Positions 1 to 7,626 of a stretch of 32,000 nt of DNA are shown piece by piece; the first letter of the stretch is position 1; every line of letters begins with the position of its first letter. The stretch comes from an uncultured Kingella sp. (GTDB lineage: Bacteria; Pseudomonadota; Gammaproteobacteria; Burkholderiales; Neisseriaceae). Location of the stretch: the NCBI GenBank assembly GCA_963520685.1, contig CAUQSD010000019.1:1-32000 (forward strand), given 5' to 3'. The translations under genes were made by a program, and so were the position numbers. The notes under the pieces are model-generated. The model searched no databases. It saw only the letters and a program-made list of their open reading frames with translations, and was not told the DNA's origin.

Positions 1-53
1 GCGATGCTGTTGCTTTGAACTGTGCTCAAATCTGGGGTTTTGCAAAGGTCTCA
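1..53 (-). mobile_element. Partial MITE copy A (truncated by window start), inverted relative to copies B/C
   Basis: 1-53 is near-identical to the reverse complement of the first ~54 nt of the copy at 20685-20830 and ends in TTTTGCAAAGGTCTCA, the family terminal inverted repeat. Confidence 0.75.
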
Positions 54-137
54 AACCGGTGTTGCGGGTATCGGATTCCGTGTAGGACTGATGCGTGTGG
101 TAGGCGGGGTATTTGTTCCCGCGCGTTCGCGCTATCA

Positions 138-175
138 AGGCAGCCTGAAAACGGATTGGGGTTTTCAGGCTGCCT
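138..175. terminator. Inverted DUS pair hairpin (AGGCAGCCTGAA ... TTCAGGCTGCCT), likely the original grxB-side terminator
   Basis: A perfect 12-mer at 138-149 and its reverse complement at 164-175 are separated by 14 nt. A GCCCCGATGGGGC hairpin follows at 186-198. Confidence 0.6.
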
Positions 176-322
176 TATATATTCGCCCCGATGGGGCAAA
201 ATCCTGACAAGTATCTTTGAGATAAACTCATGATCTGTTTGTAAGGCTGGTTTAGCCCCAAAAATCAAGGGGCATTAAAGTATATCTGAACAAGCCCCTT
301 GTGTAACCAAGGGGCTTTAATT

Positions 323-535
323 ATGTCTAAAAGTATCAATCAGGCACAAGAGAGTGGTTTACATATTGATTTTTCAGCAGACAAAGTTACTTTTTACAGA
401 TTCGGAAAAGAAGTAGTAACTGTAAAACTGCAAAAAACATTAAATGATTTATCAGATGACGAAGAATTAAGTAAATCAGTAGATTATTTTTTAAAAACAG
501 GCATTTTTGATTATAAAGGCATAACAATCTTATGA
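323..535 (+). CDS. Hypothetical small phage protein (70 aa)
   Basis: ATG at 323 is preceded by AAGGGG. The ORF is AT-rich and is the first ORF inside the prophage. No recognisable motif. The TTG start at 299 in the ORF track is less likely. Confidence 0.45.
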   Translation: MSKSINQAQESGLHIDFSADKVTFYRFGKEVVTVKLQKTLNDLSDDEELSKSVDYFLKTGIFDYKGITIL

Positions 536-573
536 ATCAAGGTCATAAAAGACAGAGCCAAACAAGGGCGCAA

Positions 574-653
574 GCCGACGGCGCAGGCAGACAGCGCGCC
601 AGCGCGGCTGCCTGCGGCGGTGGCGAAAGCCCCCCCTAGGCTAAAAGGGGGGG
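574..653. promoter_or_regulatory. GC-rich hairpin cluster upstream of rep; candidate phage origin or packaging signal
   Basis: An imperfect 17-bp inverted repeat lies at 574-590/608-624 (14/17 by hand). A C7/G7 hairpin lies at 630-636/647-653 with a 10-nt loop. Both sit in a GC island within otherwise AT-rich phage DNA. Confidence 0.35.
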
Positions 654-736
654 AGCGGATAAAACCCCAAGTAAACTAAACGGGGGAGCAGAAAACAGTA
701 GGGATTATTTTAAAGAAGGTCAAATTCAGTAGCATC

Positions 737-2065
737 ATGGAATTAAATTTTCAGAATTACAATTATTTCAATCATGCTGTAACTGTTGGCGGTAAGGTTA
801 TTGAAATCCCTTTGCGTAAAGGCATTAAGGATTCGGCTTTTATTGATGCGCTTACGTTTACGATTAAGAAGGAAACTATAGATATCGTAAAAGGTATCTG
901 TTTGGACGATAGTCAATATATCGCGGCATATAGCGAAATCCTTATAGATATTTTCGGGTTCGGGGTAACGGAACATTTAGGCAAGGGGCGTTATTTTTAT
1001 AAGGCGTTTTATCGTTTGGGAGACGAAAAAGCAGAATACGGCACGCTGCATATAGGCGGGCAGCGTGAAACCGTTTTAGTGGAATTGACGGGTACGGGCT
1101 GTCAAGCGGCAAAAGCAGGGTGGGAACAGCGGCTTTATGATTTCTTAAGTCAGGCGGTTCGTCCACAAATCACACGGATAGACTGCGCACATGATTTTTT
1201 TAACGGGGAGTACACGCCCGAACAGGCACTTATCGATCATAACAACGGCTTATTCAACCGATCCAACTGTAAACCTAAGTCCGAGTTACGGGGTACGGCA
1301 TGGCGCGAAGAAGACTATTCGGGCAAAACTTTTTATGTCGGACGGCGCGGTAGTTCCAAGTTGACACGTGTTTACGAGAAAGGCAGGCAGTTAGGCGATA
1401 AAGACAGCCCTTGGGTAAGGTTTGAGGTTGAGTTTAGAAACAAGGATTGCGTTATCCCATTAGAGATACTGACTGCACCGGGCGAGTATCTTACTGGTGC
1501 TTATCCAGTCGGTGAGAAGCTGTTTGGCAGTCCTGCTATATCTATACGTGCCTCAGAAGAAAAGGTAAACATCCATTTTGACAGCAAGCTTGGCCATGCT
1601 AAAAACCAAGTCGGGCGGATGGTACGTTTACTGAAAGATGCAGGCTGGAGCAGTGATGAAATTGTAGAAGCCTTAATTGCCGATGAAGGCAAGTATCCTA
1701 AGGGTTTGAATCCTGAAGAATATGACTGCACCAAATCTCAAGCCGTTTATATAACGCAAGGTGATGAAATACCTGAAGATTTACAACCTGACGAACTGGA
1801 TGAAGCAGTTGGTATCAGTGAAGCAGTTAGGATTTTTAATGAAACCGTGCCTGATGAAGAGAAAACAGAGCATCAAAAGCAATTGGTTTTTGAAGTTTCG
1901 GACGATATTAAACGTTATCTTGAAGTGTGGAAGCAGCAGGAATATTTCGTTTCGGTGGGCAAACTAACTATGGCGGAGCGAATTAAACAGGAGCAAGACC
2001 AGTATCTTGATTACCTCTATATGAAGTACGGTACACTTTTCCCAACCAACCGACATAAACGATAA
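737..2065 (+). CDS. Rolling-circle replication initiation protein (Rep_trans / RstA / Nf ORF1-like)
   Basis: 442 aa with motifs RIDCAHDFF and YVGRRGSSKLTRVYEKG...VRFEVEFRNKD, typical of the PF02486 replication initiation factor. It is the first large gene of the inovirus module. Confidence 0.85.
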   Translation: MELNFQNYNYFNHAVTVGGKVIEIPLRKGIKDSAFIDALTFTIKKETIDIVKGICLDDSQYIAAYSEILIDIFGFGVTEHLGKGRYFYKAFYRLGDEKAEYGTLHIGGQRETVLVELTGTGCQAAKAGWEQRLYDFLSQAVRPQITRIDCAHDFFNGEYTPEQALIDHNNGLFNRSNCKPKSELRGTAWREEDYSGKTFYVGRRGSSKLTRVYEKGRQLGDKDSPWVRFEVEFRNKDCVIPLEILTAPGEYLTGAYPVGEKLFGSPAISIRASEEKVNIHFDSKLGHAKNQVGRMVRLLKDAGWSSDEIVEALIADEGKYPKGLNPEEYDCTKSQAVYITQGDEIPEDLQPDELDEAVGISEAVRIFNETVPDEEKTEHQKQLVFEVSDDIKRYLEVWKQQEYFVSVGKLTMAERIKQEQDQYLDYLYMKYGTLFPTNRHKR

Positions 2066-2075
2066 AGGATTTATT

Positions 2076-2402
2076 ATGTCATTGAATTTTAATGCTCAGG
2101 TAGAGCTTACTTATCAACGTAAAATTGTAATGGGCGTCACCAAGTTTAAGGGTGAAATCGAAGGTAATGTAATTGATAGCTGTTCTGTCTTGATTGCCGC
2201 GCCTTTAAGTGATACTTCCGGCAATGCCAAAGGTTTCGGGGTGGCAAAAGTTCCTTTCGGGCAATCTGACAACTTTAACCGTTTTGCAGGCGCGCAGTTC
2301 CCCTGTGAAATGGATTTGGCGTTTCAAACGGAGACCAACGCATCGGGGCGGCAGCGTGAAGTATTGAAGGATATAAAACTTGTTTCCGGAGCGAAAGGGT
2401 AA
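2076..2402 (+). CDS. Putative ssDNA-binding protein (gV-like, by size and position)
   Basis: 108 aa, immediately after rep, with RBS AAAGGA. The assignment is positional only. Confidence 0.45.
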   Translation: MSLNFNAQVELTYQRKIVMGVTKFKGEIEGNVIDSCSVLIAAPLSDTSGNAKGFGVAKVPFGQSDNFNRFAGAQFPCEMDLAFQTETNASGRQREVLKDIKLVSGAKG

Positions 2403-2406
2403 ATTG

Positions 2407-2610
2407 ATGCAGGCTTTCTACATCGTTCAGGATTTAGAAACATTTGAGTTTCTTTTTCCGTCTTCTGACGGCGGTGTAGGACAAACGTCCTACATCAAAA
2501 AGGCAGGACATTTTGAAGAGTTTGAGGACGCATTGTCGGCGGGTGAGGATTTAGGTGTGCCGTTTGCAGTCTTCCGTTTCTACCTGTCCGAATCAATTAA
2601 GGCAGCCTGA
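2407..2610 (+). CDS. Hypothetical phage protein (67 aa)
   Basis: ATG at 2407, tightly packed after the previous ORF. The last codons GCA GCC TGA are supplied by a perfect DUS 12-mer at 2600-2611. Confidence 0.4.
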   Translation: MQAFYIVQDLETFEFLFPSSDGGVGQTSYIKKAGHFEEFEDALSAGEDLGVPFAVFRFYLSESIKAA

Positions 2611-2620
2611 AGATTAAATT

Positions 2621-2902
2621 ATGACACGGGATGAAATAGATGCTGAAATTCAGCGATATGCAGATGCTATAAATGAAGCATGGGTCGTCATTAATAATGA
2701 AGATTTATATCATAATCATCTTGTAGAGTCAGCAAGAAATGTCGTTAATTATGCTTCAAGAAGGATTTCAGAGTTATCAGAAATGCTTGGTGACGATGAA
2801 ATTGAAGAATATGAGCGGGATGCTTTTATTGTTGATGCTTTTGAAGAGGAACAAGATGAGCTGGATTATGCAGCAGATTTAGAAGATTATGATTTGTATT
2901 GA
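2621..2902 (+). CDS. Hypothetical acidic phage protein (93 aa)
   Basis: Uninterrupted ORF in the phage operon with a D/E-rich C-terminus. No recognised domain. Confidence 0.4.
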   Translation: MTRDEIDAEIQRYADAINEAWVVINNEDLYHNHLVESARNVVNYASRRISELSEMLGDDEIEEYERDAFIVDAFEEEQDELDYAADLEDYDLY

Positions 2903-3029
2903 TTTTATAAATCAGATTCTTAAATCAATAGCAATATGGATTATTAGTATTTTAGTGCGTTCGGGCGGCGCGCGCTAATTTTGCCCTATCAGCCGCCCAT
3001 TTTTATCAATTTTTTATAGGAAGTTCATC

Positions 3030-3239
3030 ATGAACAAATTATCCAAAAAAACCGCACTCGTTCTTGCGTCTGCAGGTTTACTCTCATCCAATGCCTTTGC
3101 AGGCGAGTTGCTTCAAGCCGCACAGACTGCAACTACAGATTTCAAAGCCGATTTGACAGCCGCAGGAGGCTTGGTTATCGGTATCGCACTGATTTCTGTG
3201 GGTGTGGGTTTGATGATCCGCATGTTCCGTAAGGCGTAA
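3030..3239 (+). CDS. Major coat protein (gVIII-like)
   Basis: 69 aa with signal peptide MNKLSKKTALVLASAGLLSSNAFA, an amphipathic mature N-terminus, TM segment GGLVIGIALISVGVGLMI and basic tail RMFRKA. RBS is TAGGAAG. Confidence 0.8.
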   Translation: MNKLSKKTALVLASAGLLSSNAFAGELLQAAQTATTDFKADLTAAGGLVIGIALISVGVGLMIRMFRKA

Positions 3240-3262
3240 AGTGTAAAAGCAAAGGAGTAACC

Positions 3263-3562
3263 ATGGGATACCGCGTAGGAGGTCAATGCTTCGCAAATTT
3301 TGAGGAAGCGTCCGATTATCGGATGAGCATGGTTACTCCCACTATTATTAATGACGGCAGTCTAAAAATGCCGGTACGAAAATCAGACGGCTGGTATTAC
3401 GAAAACATTAAAGTACAACTAACCTATCCAACTTGTGATCCAGTATCACCTTTTGAAGATGGCGTTAAATTAGGACTATTAATAATGACTATGTTTGTTT
3501 TAGTTTTTGGTGTAAAAACAATGATTAAGATGTTTGAAATGGCAGGCGCGTCAAAGGATTAA
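3263..3562 (+). CDS. Hypothetical membrane / minor coat protein (99 aa)
   Basis: RBS AAAGGAG, C-terminal TM LGLLIMTMFVLVFGV, located in the structural module. Confidence 0.5.
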   Translation: MGYRVGGQCFANFEEASDYRMSMVTPTIINDGSLKMPVRKSDGWYYENIKVQLTYPTCDPVSPFEDGVKLGLLIMTMFVLVFGVKTMIKMFEMAGASKD

Positions 3563-3564
3563 GA

Positions 3565-4047
3565 ATGGAAACAAACAAACCCAAAGGCGGTAATGGTCTG
3601 TCCGCAGTAGTCAAAACCGAAATTTCAGAGATGAAGAAGGATTTAAACCTATCAGGCGAATTAGTTTTAGGAATTACCCTTATTATAATATTTGTATATT
3701 TAATAATTAATATTTTTAAGAATTTAAATGATAAAGATAAAGTTGAAAAAGAATATGAAGAAGAAAATTTAGAAGAAGACACATTAGAAATAGAAAAAAA
3801 TCTACCTAATCAGGAATTAGAAGAATTTAAAAAACCATTAGAAGAAGTACAGGCAGAAGTAGATGAAATACTTTCACGAATGGTAGAGATTACTTCAAAA
3901 TTGGAAGCGACAGAAAATGAACAGGAAAAAGAGAAGCTAAATAAAGAGTTTCAGGAGTTAATGGAAAAATTATCAGAGATAGAAGCACAAAATCCTGAAT
4001 GGGTGGCAGCCGATCAACGCAGGCGCATGGAAGAAGAAAATGTATAA
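3565..4047 (+). CDS. Single-pass membrane protein with E/K-rich coiled-coil tail (160 aa)
   Basis: Start overlaps the previous stop region. TM is LVLGITLIIIFVYLIINIF, followed by a long acidic heptad-like region. Very AT-rich. Confidence 0.5.
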   Translation: METNKPKGGNGLSAVVKTEISEMKKDLNLSGELVLGITLIIIFVYLIINIFKNLNDKDKVEKEYEEENLEEDTLEIEKNLPNQELEEFKKPLEEVQAEVDEILSRMVEITSKLEATENEQEKEKLNKEFQELMEKLSEIEAQNPEWVAADQRRRMEEENV

Positions 4048-4131
4048 CTACGATGTGTTAATTTTCATACTAGGGATAGTATTTACGATACCTTTTTGGA
4101 TATTATTTATAAAATAAACAAGGATTAAGAA

Positions 4132-5550
4132 ATGAAGAAAATATTTTTATTCGTGATGATTTTAATGTCTCTTTATGCTAATGCAGGAGAAAATAATAGT
4201 GGTAATAATGATGTTTTAGATCAGGATTTGAATGATGTTAGTGTTACTCCATGTACTAAAGAACCTGATGGTTTGAAAAAAAATTTTAAAGGTAGAAAGT
4301 ATTATTGTTATAAGGGCAATATGATTGAAGAGGGAGCTGATTTAAGTAAGTTGAAAGAGTGTGGTCCTAATGATAAATATTGCGGAAGTGTAGTTTTAAA
4401 AAAAGAGAAAACACAGGAAGATTATGAAAAAGAAGGTTATGTTTTTTATGATTTAGGAAAGCCGAAAGATATTGGTAGGAAAGAAGAACCTAAAAGTTCA
4501 AATGGCAATAATAATTCTCAAGGAAATTCTAATTCGTCAAATAATGGTACGCAAGCCTCCAATAAACCCGCCGAACCTAACAAGCCACAGCAACCTACTC
4601 CACAACCTACCCCGCAACCCACCCCACAACCTACCCCCAATCCCCAGCCCGCTCCAGTCCCAACACCTAAAATTCCCAATGTGCCTAAAATCCCATCTGA
4701 GGAGTGGATAAACAAATGGCGGGATCATTGGATTGAGGTTTTTGACAGTTTTTCTAAAAAAATTGAAAACGAAAGAAAAATTCTGGCTATAAAGATACAA
4801 GACTGTAGGTCTATTTATACTGCCGGAACGAAGCAATCATCTGATTGCGTTGATAGGATGTTACAATCTTATAAAAAAACCATAGAAGAGATTAAAGAGA
4901 AAATTGAGCGGGCAAGATCCGATATGCAGAAAGAAGCCGCCGAATTATCAAAATCTGTTAAGAACGTTAATAAAAATGTCCCATATCCAAATACCGGGGG
5001 AGATAATACAAATAGTGAAACAAGTCAAAATGGAAATGGGAATAATAATGTAAACCTAAACGGAGACAATAATTCAGGCTCTGGAGACACTACTAATAAT
5101 TTTGGTGGTGATACCAATGTTACGAATAATAATGTTACCGTTAATAATAATACCTCAAAAACTGTGGTTAATAAGGGTGATGGTGGCGGCGGTAATCAAG
5201 TAGGTATTGATAAAGGAAATGGTGATGGTAACGGCAAAAAGGGGAACTGTGAAGGTGATAAAGGTACGGTTGGATGTGCCCAGTTAGGCAGCGAAAAGGA
5301 CTATCCCAAAGACGGATCAATCAGCATAGGTAAAAGCGATTTTGGATTACCATCTTTTTCTCGCTCGAATAACTTTGTTGAACAGGGCTCTTGCCCAGCA
5401 CCGAAATCAATTACTTTAATGGGTACGGTTCAAGTGGTTGATTATTCCCAGTTATGTAGTGGGGCTTTAAAATTAAGACCTATTATTATCGCATGTGCAA
5501 TATTTATAGCATTTGGAATCGTACGTTCAGCGATTATTTCTAAAACCTAA
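4132..5550 (+). CDS. Adsorption / minor coat protein (gIII-like)
   Basis: 472 aa with a signal peptide and a Cys-containing N-domain. It has a (PQPT)n proline linker, N/G-rich low-complexity linkers and a C-terminal TM anchor PIIIACAIFIAFGIV. It occupies the position before g6p-like and Zot. Confidence 0.65.
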   Translation: MKKIFLFVMILMSLYANAGENNSGNNDVLDQDLNDVSVTPCTKEPDGLKKNFKGRKYYCYKGNMIEEGADLSKLKECGPNDKYCGSVVLKKEKTQEDYEKEGYVFYDLGKPKDIGRKEEPKSSNGNNNSQGNSNSSNNGTQASNKPAEPNKPQQPTPQPTPQPTPQPTPNPQPAPVPTPKIPNVPKIPSEEWINKWRDHWIEVFDSFSKKIENERKILAIKIQDCRSIYTAGTKQSSDCVDRMLQSYKKTIEEIKEKIERARSDMQKEAAELSKSVKNVNKNVPYPNTGGDNTNSETSQNGNGNNNVNLNGDNNSGSGDTTNNFGGDTNVTNNNVTVNNNTSKTVVNKGDGGGGNQVGIDKGNGDGNGKKGNCEGDKGTVGCAQLGSEKDYPKDGSISIGKSDFGLPSFSRSNNFVEQGSCPAPKSITLMGTVQVVDYSQLCSGALKLRPIIIACAIFIAFGIVRSAIISKT

Positions 5551-5561
5551 GGGATTTTAAA

Positions 5562-5846
5562 ATGCCGGTATTTATCAGACTATTAGGCGGATTGCTCACG
5601 ACGTTTGTCGGGCAGATATTCGCCGCGCTCGGTTTATCGGTAGTGAGTTACGGTGGTGCGAAGCTGTTGCAAAATCAGTTTGTAAACTATATTTCGGGCA
5701 GCCTGAACAGTATTCCTCCAGAAATCTTACAGATTTTTTATCTGGCAGGCGGTGGCGTAGCTTTGAACTGGATATTCGGTGCAACCTCTTTTGCGTTAAG
5801 TCTTTCAGCAGTCTCAAAGCTTGGCAGTATCTTTAAAGCCAAGTAA
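5562..5846 (+). CDS. gVI-like small membrane protein (94 aa)
   Basis: Three hydrophobic segments, located between the adsorption protein and Zot as in other inoviruses. Confidence 0.5.
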   Translation: MPVFIRLLGGLLTTFVGQIFAALGLSVVSYGGAKLLQNQFVNYISGSLNSIPPEILQIFYLAGGGVALNWIFGATSFALSLSAVSKLGSIFKAK

Positions 5847-5858
5847 GGAAACTTAAAA

Positions 5859-6929
5859 GTGATAAGCTTGATTACAGGTCTTCCAGGTTCAGGTAAAACA
5901 AGCCTGATGGTGCATATGTTGATGACCCGTCCAGATTTACAGAATCGTCCTTTATATGTAGATGGGATACCTGAATTAAAAATACCGCATATGCCTATAC
6001 CCGACGGCGAAGATATGACCACATGGCATAACTGGGCTCCCACAGGAGCGGTATTGGTTATAGACGAGGCACAGCGGATATTCCGTCCCCGCCCTGCCGG
6101 AGCGAAAGTACCCGATTTTGTGCAGGAGTTGGAAACTCACCGTCATAAAGGCATAGATATTTTTATCCTGACCCAATCTCCGCGCTTGATTGATGTCAAT
6201 GTCCGTGCATTGGTTGGAGAACATAGAAATATCAGTAGAACCATGCTCGGTTTGAAACGTGTCAGTTATTGGCAGAAATGTGCTAATCCTGAAAGCAGGA
6301 ACGACGTTGCAGAAGCTAAGAACAGCATTTTTACCATGAAAAAAGATGCATTCGGCATGTATAAAAGTGCCGAAGAGCATACCAAACTTAAAGGCGCGTT
6401 ATCATCTTGGGTGTGGTTTATGCCGGTGCTTCTATTTGCTTTGGTTTACGTTGGAATGGGTCTTAAACAGAGTTATGAAGCGAAAATACAGCCTGAAAGC
6501 GCACAGCAGCAAACGGCAAAGACACCGCAAAGCGTGGATGAGCCGCAAGGCACGGTAGGGGGGAGCTCAAAGCATGAGAGCAACAGAGATATAGGGATGG
6601 GAGAGGCATCCGAACAGATAAAACCCTTGGCCGCATCGGACTTTGAGCCTTCCATAGAGGGCCAACCTTGGACGGCCGCTATTTATAACGGACTCAATCG
6701 CAACGTACAAACCATGCCCTATCCTGCCGGATGTGTTAAATCTGCGGATAAATGTACGTGCTATACAGACCAGGCAACCCCGATAAGAGAGATCAAAAAA
6801 GACGTATGTATAGACTACGCCGAAAACGGAATCTATAACCCTTATATCAATTCGGAGTACGCGCAAAATACAGTTATGCCTAGAGAGGTTGAGCAGCCTC
6901 AAACTAAGGTTTTACAACTTGGGCAATAG
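5859..6929 (+). CDS. Zot / pI-like phage assembly ATPase
   Basis: GTG start after TAAGGAA. Walker A is GLPGSGKT, Walker B is VLVIDEAQ, and there is a central TM WVWFMPVLLFALVYVGMGL. This is the typical Zot N-domain architecture. Confidence 0.9.
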   Translation: MISLITGLPGSGKTSLMVHMLMTRPDLQNRPLYVDGIPELKIPHMPIPDGEDMTTWHNWAPTGAVLVIDEAQRIFRPRPAGAKVPDFVQELETHRHKGIDIFILTQSPRLIDVNVRALVGEHRNISRTMLGLKRVSYWQKCANPESRNDVAEAKNSIFTMKKDAFGMYKSAEEHTKLKGALSSWVWFMPVLLFALVYVGMGLKQSYEAKIQPESAQQQTAKTPQSVDEPQGTVGGSSKHESNRDIGMGEASEQIKPLAASDFEPSIEGQPWTAAIYNGLNRNVQTMPYPAGCVKSADKCTCYTDQATPIREIKKDVCIDYAENGIYNPYINSEYAQNTVMPREVEQPQTKVLQLGQ

Positions 6930-6944
6930 ATAGGCAAGTAGATT

Positions 6945-7355
6945 TTATTCCAGCTTAAATGTAAAAGATGTTGTAAATCGCGTTGTTGCAGGTTTACCGT
7001 TTATTTCTTTGGGTGCATATAAAGCATTTTTTGCTGCATTTATTGCTGCTTTATCCAAAATTTCCGAACCGCTGGATTGGATAATGATAACGTCTTTAAC
7101 TACCGCGTCAGCATCAACAATAACGGCAAGCTTTACAGTTCCTTCCTCTTCATTTTGTAGCGATTCGGGTGGATATTTAGGATTGGGTATTGTTATATAG
7201 CCACCTTCTTTTATTTCAGGTTCTTTTTGCGTTTCGGTTTTTTCTTTGAATACTACGTATTCTTTATTTACATCTTTTTTATTAACATTATGAGCTATAT
7301 ATGCCAATAATCCGCAGATTATGGATAGCAAAAAGATGATGATATTTTGTTTCAT
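6945..7355 (-). CDS. TonB C-terminal-domain protein (136 aa), antisense cargo gene in the prophage
   Basis: N-terminal TM, then YPPESLQNEEEGTVKLAVIVDADAVVKDVIIIQSSGSEILDKAAINAAKNALYAP, matching the TonB_C consensus (YP...G.V.v.f.v...G.v..v.v..SSG...LD.aA). Convergent with zot across a 15-bp gap. Confidence 0.7.
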   Translation of the reverse strand: MKQNIIIFLLSIICGLLAYIAHNVNKKDVNKEYVVFKEKTETQKEPEIKEGGYITIPNPKYPPESLQNEEEGTVKLAVIVDADAVVKDVIIIQSSGSEILDKAAINAAKNALYAPKEINGKPATTRFTTSFTFKLE

Positions 7356-7384
7356 AGGTTTTCTTTCAGATAGGAGTTATAGAA

Positions 7385-7610
7385 TAGAAGATATACAATT
7401 AACGGTACATGAAATGTGCCGTTAATTGTATATCCGCCAACCGCAGGGCGGCAGTGAAACTATAACGGTAAGGTAATTAATGTTACAATTAAGAGCCGTA
7501 TAACGCCCGCGAATCGCTGCCTTGGCAACAAGCCATCGCAAAAGATTGGTGCATACGGCTTTTTTATTTTTGTTGAAACATAACAGTATCATGGGCAATC
7601 AGCCCTTATC
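7385..7610 (+). ncRNA. Candidate structured non-coding RNA (possible IS110-type bridge RNA); extent and strand unverified
   Basis: No ORF in the 270 nt. An 18-bp stem lies at 7391-7408/7416-7433 (one G.U pair) and a GC hairpin at 7434-7438/7447-7451. An 8-bp stem at 7494-7501/7553-7560 is followed by a T-run. ACAGTATC at 7583-7590 equals the right-end sequence 8619-8626. Confidence 0.3.
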
Positions 7611-7626
7611 GTAAGGTTTGTACATA

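Noticed and set aside
15-268. ORFs 15-233(+), 22-207(+) and 26-268(-) at the window start.
   Set aside because: They span a MITE end, a degenerate REP and a DUS-pair terminator. This is intergenic repeat DNA rather than coding sequence.
4472-4836. ORFs 4472-4711(+), 4518-4715(-) and 4537-4836(-) inside the gIII-like gene.
   Set aside because: They are alternative-frame readings of the PQPT-encoding CCN-CAA repeats (poly GCGV / LWG peptides) and are fully nested in a better-supported gene.
7391-7433. The 18-bp hairpin as a simple Rho-independent terminator.
   Set aside because: No T-run follows it on the + strand. On the - strand it lies upstream of the TonB-like start with too little room left for a promoter. 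An operator, 5'-UTR or structured-RNA role is more likely, and none is proven.
7618-7626. TTG start at 7618 for the transposase, as in the ORF track.
   Set aside because: ATG at 7627 follows GTAAGG at a suitable distance and gives the family-typical N-terminus MTTIYLGLDIGKD.
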